A stretch of DNA of 64,000 nucleotides from Eledone cirrhosa (Eukaryota), in NCBI GenBank assembly GCA_964016885.1, contig OZ024749.1:29636001-29700000 (forward strand). Direction: 5' to 3'. Shown one piece after another: positions 56,306 through 64,000 of the stretch. The translations under genes were made by a program, and so were the position numbers. Each line of letters opens with the position of its first letter. Position 1 is the first letter of the stretch. A model generated the notes under the pieces. It did no database searches. It was not told the DNA's origin and saw only the letters and a list, made by a program, of their open reading frames with translations.

Positions 56306-56714
56306 ATGGTCCTTCTGTGCCTTTAGCGCAGTCCACTCTGTAATAGCATGTGGATCAGATCCTCCCTCCCCCCTCTATCCTCCCAGTCATGGAGACTCCG
56401 AATGAGACCCTGAAATGGAGACCCTGATGAGCGTGGATGCTGCTCCTTCCTCCCTCTCTATGCCTCTGCCCCTCTTCCATTCTATCGCCCTCTCCTTCCA
56501 GCCACAGAGACACTGAAAAGTGTTAGGGACGCTGCCCCACACTCACACCAGTCTTGGAGGCCATGAAAAGGGTCACCTGAACTGCCCTTCATCCCCTAAC
56601 TAAACAGTAATGAATAAATAAATAAATAAATAAATAAATGTTCAAATGCATATACACAAACACATACATACAAATATAGACGCATACAAACATATACGCA
56701 TGCTTACTTATACA

Positions 56715-57365
56715 CATACTTACCTATATACATACTTACATATACACATACTTACATATACACATACTTACATATACGCATGCTTACATGTACGCATACT
56801 TACATATACATATACACATACATATACATATACTTACAAATACACATACTTACATATATATATACTTACATATACACATACATATACATATACTTACAAA
56901 TACACATACTTACATATATATATACTTACATATACACATACATATACATATACTTACAGATACACATACTTACATATACACATACTTACAGATACACATA
57001 CTTACATATACATATACTTACATATACACATACTTACATATACACATACTTACAAATACACATACTTACAGATACACATACTTACATATACACATACTTA
57101 CATATACACATACTTACATATACACATACTTACAAATACACATACTTACAAATACACATACTTACAAATACACATACTTACAAATACACATACTTACATA
57201 TACACATACTTACATATACACATACTTACGTATACACATACTTACATATACACATACTTACATATACATATACTTACATATACACATACTTACATATACA
57301 TATACTTACATATACATATACTTACATATATACATACTTACATATACACATACTTACGTATACAT
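56715..57365. repeat. 16-bp minisatellite
   Basis: CATACTTACATATACA units. Confidence 0.9.
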
Positions 57366-58223
57366 ATGTTAACAAACAGAGTTTGAAGCACTCACGCTTG
57401 TGGTCAGACAAACACACACAAACTTACATACATACACACACACATATACACACAGATGAACATACAAACGTACACACTCACACAGAGATGAACATACAAA
57501 CATACATCCACACACACATACACAGATGAACATACAGACATACACACCTACACACAGAGATGAACACGCAACCACACATACTCAACGACGACACAAAGAT
57601 ATACATACACATAAACATACAAATATACACATCTACACAATGACAGCATAAAGATACACACACAAAAACGTACACACACAAGCATACACGCAAACACACA
57701 TACACAATGACAGCATAAAGACATACCCACGCAAACGAATGCACACACGCAAACATACATACAATCACACATACACAATGACAACACAGCTGAACACACT
57801 CACTAAGATACCCACATTTACACTTATACACATTCTCACATACAAGCACAAACACACACAAACCAAATACACACACTCACACATATCTAGATACATATAA
57901 ATACACCCGCCCACGCACACTCACGCACATATACAGATTTATACATATACACATACATGCTCAAGTTCACACATACTTTTATCTTACATACACACATACA
58001 CATAACACAGATACACACATCGAAATATGCTCCTATAATAACACACACATATTCCCATACGTAAGGACACACATATATATGTGTACGTAGAGACATGCAC
58101 AACCATGCATGCGTATATGTACACACACATACATACATACATGTACACACACACATACATGTGTACACAGATGCATGCGCTCATGTACACACACATACTT
58201 GTGTGTATATATATATACCGTTC

Positions 58224-58303
<80 letters not shown>

Positions 58304-58332
58304 TTATATATATATATGTATATATATATATG

Positions 58333-58434
<102 letters not shown>

Positions 58435-58576
58435 GAGGTTATATTTAATTTGTTGGGATACAATAAGCAAAATGTTTTTATAACTGATATAAAGCACTCA
58501 ATCAGGAGATTCCAACCAGAATGGTTGCATTTTTTAAGAGTATGTCAATATTTATTTATAAAACTAACCTATATTA

Positions 58577-58642
58577 TATTTTATCTGATGAAAGCGCACC
58601 ATAAATTGCTCTGGTGGCCCTTGAAATATGTATAATGAAATA
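58577..58642 (+). ncRNA. Type I hammerhead ribozyme (family C, diverged copy)
   Basis: UAUUUUAU-CUGAUGA-AAGCGCACCA..UGGUGGCCCUU-GAAA-UAUGUA-UA-AUGAAAUA. Confidence 0.78.
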
Positions 58643-58680
58643 AATATAGTTTTATAAATATAGTTTCCATTTGTTAATAT

Positions 58681-58744
<64 letters not shown>

Positions 58745-58748
<4 letters not shown>

Positions 58749-58935
58749 AACCAGTAAGACCCCGACGGCTGAGCTCAAGCCGTTTCGACGGCTAATTCTG
58801 GACGGAATTAGCCGTCGAAACGGCTTGAGCTCAGCTGTCGGGGTCTTACTGGTTCCTATTACCCACTCTACTACCCCAAGTATTGAGTACTTTGGTGCGT
58901 TATGGTCCACCTGGTTCCTTACCACATTTCCTTCG

Positions 58936-58937
<2 letters not shown>
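58745..58937 (+). mobile_element. Fold-back family-F PLE terminal fragment
   Basis: Palindrome plus tail in (TA)n. Confidence 0.8.
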
Positions 58938-58986
<49 letters not shown>

Positions 58987-59994
58987 TGTGCACACAGATA
59001 AACTTCTGTATATACAATGTGTATACACATTCACACGTAAAAACGCTTACATAGAAATGCATATCCAGACACACACACACACACATACACACATACACAC
59101 ACGCACGCACACATACATACTCACACGCATGCACACACACACACACATATATATATATATACATATACATATACATATATGCGTGCGAACATAGACACAT
59201 GCATACGCACGCGCACACGCATTCATATATGGAAATATATATACACATACATACACACACTGATACACTGACACACACACAAACACACACACACACGTAT
59301 ATGTAAATATATATATAGATGTACACACATATACACACACTGACACTGAGACACACACATAAAAGCATATATATAAACAAATATACTGGTACACACATAC
59401 ATACACACTCTGACATTCTGAGAGACACACACATACAACATATATGTAAACATGTATACATGCACACACATATATACATCTACTGATACACTAACACGTA
59501 CATACAAACATACATGTAAACATATATACAGGCACACACATATACACACACTCTAGCATACTGATACACACTCACACAAACATATATGTAAATATACATA
59601 TATATACATCTGCACACATATACACACACATACAAACATACATGTAAATATATATACATGTGCATACATACACACACACACTGACACACTCACACATACA
59701 AAAATACATGCGCCCAGTCACGCATATATAGAAATGTTATATACACATACGCATATACACACACATACACACACACATACACACACAGGCACACACATAC
59801 ACACACACACATACACACACAGGCACACACATATACCCGTGCGTGAAAACTCACTCACGCATTGTTGACACACACGCATGTGTGCACATAAATTCATGTG
59901 TGTGCACCGACACACACACACACACACAAATGTACACACACACACACACACACACACTTCCTCGCCATAGGTACAAGTTAGAAGGATGGCGGCG

Positions 59995-62839
59995 GCGATG
60001 GTGGTGTTGACGGTTGTGATGGGGTGGTGGTGTTGTTGATGGTAGTGGTGATGGTGGTGATGGTTGTGGTGGTGATGGTGGTGATGGTAGTGGTGGTAGT
60101 GGTGGTGATGGTAGTGGTGGTGGTGATGGTAGTGGTGGTGATGGTGGTGATGGTAGTGGTGGTGATGGTGGTGATGGTAGTGGTGGTGGTGATGGTAGTG
60201 GTGGTGATGGTGGTGATGGTAGTGTTGGTGATGGTGATGGTAGTGGTGGTGGTGATGGTAGTGGTGGTGATGGTGGTGATGGTAGTGTTGGTGATGGTGA
60301 TGGTGATGGTAGTGGTGGTGATGGTGGTGATGGTAGTGGTGGTGATGGTGGTGATGGTTGTGGTGGTGATGGTGGCGATGGTAGTGGTGGTAGTGGTGGT
60401 GATGGTGGTGATGGTAGTGTTGGTGATGGTGATGGTGATGGTAGTGGTGGTGATGGTGGTGATGGTAGTGGTAATGGTGGTGATGGTGATGTTGGTTGTA
60501 GTGATGTGATGGTGGTGGTGGTGATGGTATTGGTGTTGTGGTGGTGGTAATGGTGTTGTCTTGGTGTTGGTGTTGTGGTGGTGGTGTTGTGGTGGTGGTG
60601 GTGGTGGTGGTGGTGGTAGTGGTGGTAGTGGTGCTGGTGGTTGTGTTGGTGTTGTAGTGGTGGTGGTGTTGTATTGATGGTGGTGGTGTTGGTGTTGTGG
60701 CGATAGTGGTGGTGGTGTTGTAGTGGTGGTGGTAATGGTGTTGTAGTTCTAGTGGTGCTGGTGTTGGTGTTGTTGTTGTTGTGGTGTTGGTGTTGTAGTG
60801 GTGGGGGTAGTGGTGGTGGTGTTGTGGTAGTGGTGTTGTGGTGGTGGTGGTGGTAGTGGTGTTGTTGTGGTGGTGGTAGTGGTGGTGGTTGTAGTGGTGG
60901 TGGTGTTGTAGTGGTGTTGGTTTGTAGTGGTGGTGATAGTGGTGTTGTTGTGGTGGTGGTAGTGGTGTTAGTAGTAGTGGTAGTGGTAGTGCTGTTGGTG
61001 TTGTGGTGGTGTTGTGGTGGTGTTGGTGTTGTAGTAGTGTTGGTGTTGTGGTGGTGATGGTAGAGGTGTTGGTGTTGTGGTAGTGCTGTTGTAGTGGTGG
61101 TGGTAGTGGTGTTGTGGTGGTGATGGCAGTAGTGTTGGTGTTAGTGTTGGTGTTGGTGTTGTGGTAGTGTTGGTGTTGTAGTGGTGCTGGTGTTGTGTTG
61201 ATGGTGTTGTTGTTGGTGTTGTAGTGGTGCTGGTGTTGTGTTGATGGTGGTGTTGTAGTGGTGCTGGTGTTATGTTGATGGTGGTGCTGGTGGTATGTAG
61301 TGGTGTGTTGTGTTGATGGTGGTGTTGTAGTGGTGCTGGTATTGTGTTGATGGTGGTGGTGGTATGTAGTGGTGGTGTTGTGTTGATGGTGGTGTTGTAG
61401 TGGTGCTGGTATTGTGTTGATGGTGGTGGTGGTGGTATGTAGTGGTGTGTTGTGTTGATGGTGGTGTTGTAGTGGTGCTGGTATTGTGTTGATGGTGGTG
61501 GTGGTGGTATGTAGTGGTGTGTTGTGTTGATGGTGGTGTTGTAGTGGTGCTGGTATTGTGTTGATGGTGGTGTTGTAGTGGTGCTGGTATTGTGTTGATG
61601 GTGGTGGTGGTATGTAGTGGTGGTGTTGTGTTGATGGTGGTGTTGTAGTGGTGCTGGTGTTGTGTTGATGGTGGTGGTGGTATGTAGTGCTGGTGTTATG
61701 TTGATGGTGGTGGTGGTATGTAGTGGTGGTGGTGGTATGTAGTGGTGGTGTTGTTATGTTGGGATATTCCACACTTTGAAGAGACTCCGTGTAAACGTCA
61801 TCGGTTTATAGTTGTTGTTGTAGTTACTGCTGTTGTTGTTGTTACTGATGTTGTTGCTGCTATCGTTGTTGTTGTTGTTGTTGTTGTTGCTGTTGTTGTT
61901 GTTGTCATTGGTTTTGCTGCTGTTATTGTTGCCGCTGTTGTTGTTGCTGTTATTGCCGCTGTTATTGTTGTTGTTGTTATTACTGTTGTTATAGCTGTTA
62001 CTGCTGTTGTTGTTGTTACTGTCGTTGTTGTTGTTGTTGCTGTTACCGTTACTGTTGTTGTTGTTGTTGTTGTTGTTCTTGTTGGTGTTGCTGTTGTTGG
62101 TGCTGTTGTTATTACTGTAATTGTTGTTGCTGTTATTGTTGCTGAAGTTGCTAGTGCTGTTGTTATTTGTGTTGTTGTTATTACTGTTGTTGTTGTTGCT
62201 ATTGTTATTACCGTTGTTTCTGCTGTTGTTGCTGTTATAATTACTGTTGTTGTTGTTGTTGTTGTTATTACTGTTGTTGTTGTTGTTGTAATTACTGTTG
62301 TTGTTGTTATTACTGTTGTTGTTGTTGTTGTTATTACTGTTGTTGTTGTTGTTGTAATTACTGTTGTTGTTGTTATTACTGTTGTTGTTACTGTTGTAAT
62401 TACTGCTGTTGTTGTTGTAGTTGTTGTTGTTATTACTGTTGTTGATACTGTTGTAATTACTGCTGTTGTTGTTGTAATTACTGCTGTTGCTGTTGTAGTT
62501 GTTGTTGTTGCTGTTGTAATTACTGCTGTTGTTGTTATAGTTGTTGTTGTTATTACTGTTGTTGTTACTGTTGTAATTACTGCTGTTGTTGTTGTAATTA
62601 CTGCTGTTGTTGATGTAGTTGTTGTTGTTGATGTTGTAATTACTGTTGCTGCTGTTGAAGTCGCTGTTGTTGTTGTTGTTGTTGTTGCTATTATTACTGT
62701 TGTTGTTACTGTTGTAATTACTGCTGTTGCTGTTGTTGTTGTCATTACTGCTGCATCCCTTTCACATCTGCTCAACCAATGCAGTTGTGTGTCACTGATG
62801 CTGCTCATGCTATTGTTGCTGCTAATGTGACTGCTGCTG

Positions 62840-62883
<44 letters not shown>

Positions 62884-62960
62884 ATTACTACTACTGTTAA
62901 TACTACTACTACTGCTGCTGCTGCTGCTATTACAGCTACTGCTGCTGTTGTTGTTATTAC
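59995..62960. repeat. (GGT/GAT/GTT/GCT)n low-complexity trinucleotide tracts
   Basis: Direct reading. Confidence 0.95.
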
Positions 62961-62962
62961 AG

Positions 62963-63010
62963 TACATACAACGAACAAACAGGACCAGATGCGAATACTC
63001 TCCAACTGAA
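62963..63010 (+). CDS. Candidate 48-nt internal exon
   Basis: TTATTACAG acceptor, AA|GTAAGT donor, length divisible by 3, unique sequence between repeats. Confidence 0.3.
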
Positions 63011-63166
63011 GTAAGTTGACAACCCACCGCGTGTAAACTTACAAAGTAAATATACATACACACACACACACAGACACACACACATACACACACAGACACA
63101 CACATTATATATATATACACGGACACAAACTGACACACACATAGCCACACACATATAAATATATAT

Positions 63167-63252
<86 letters not shown>

Positions 63253-63284
63253 GTATATATATACTTATTAAATATATATATACT

Positions 63285-63388
<104 letters not shown>

Positions 63389-63542
63389 ATACAAGTTTTT
63401 TGTGTATAAATGAGACTTCTGAAGATCAAATTGTAACGGATGGTCGCTCTTCGTTGGGACTATACCTTATAACTCTATATATACCCCGACTATATATATA
63501 CCCCGGTGTGAAAAACTCATCTAGATACATCCATCAATACAT

Positions 63543-63597
<55 letters not shown>

Positions 63598-63697
63598 AGA
63601 GAAAAAGCATTGAAAAAAAATTCTTAAATATTAAAAAAAATTAATTAAAAGTTTAATGGTTGACATTTAGAACTTTATTATCATTACAATAATAATA

Positions 63698-63729
<32 letters not shown>

Positions 63730-64000
63730 CATTATTATATTTTAAAAACTGAAATATCAATGATTGGACCCAAGTAAGTAATGAATTGTTTTGAACAAGT
63801 TTTAATTAATCAATTAGAATTTGTAACCTGGTTTATTACAAAGAGTGTTGAAGAAAAAACAAAAATCGAAACTATCGTATTTCCCGGCGCCGAAGACGCT
63901 ACTTTCCCCCCAAAAATAAGTCTAAAAAAATCAACCATGCGTCCTGAAGGCCGAAAGTAGTTTTCTATTTTTTTTTTTAATTTTTGGTTGACAAAATTAG

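Noticed and set aside
56400-56440. GAAA...CTGATGA
   Set aside because: No consistent type I, II or III hammerhead topology
59971-60005. YKLEGWRRRW, PH-domain-like peptide after CCATAG
   Set aside because: Runs straight into a (GGT)n tract; likely chance
63410-63960. CTGAAGA (63418) and CTGAAGGCCGAAA (63944)
   Set aside because: Missing stems or core mismatch

Overview
AT-rich, microsatellite-saturated eukaryotic DNA. The SINE/LINE repertoire and (TA)n/(CA)n density suggest a cephalopod (Octopus-like) genome; this is an inference. No host gene can be called with confidence, and nearly all long ORFs are simple-repeat artefacts. The window holds one near-intact Neptune-type Penelope-like retroelement (RT + GIY-YIG, one frameshift, 5' inversion), a decayed second PLE RT, CR1- and RTE-type LINE fragments, two tRNA-derived SINE families (many copies, some nested), mariner- and piggyBac-type MITEs, a 6.9-kb 124-bp satellite and several minisatellites. 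The most striking hidden signal is at least 11 type I hammerhead ribozyme motifs from about 7 sequence families, most in short fold-back inserts in or beside (TA)n tracts. One family has a compensatory U3-A8 core (UUGAGAA) that standard CUGANGA searches would miss. All folds were paired by eye; none was computed or tested.
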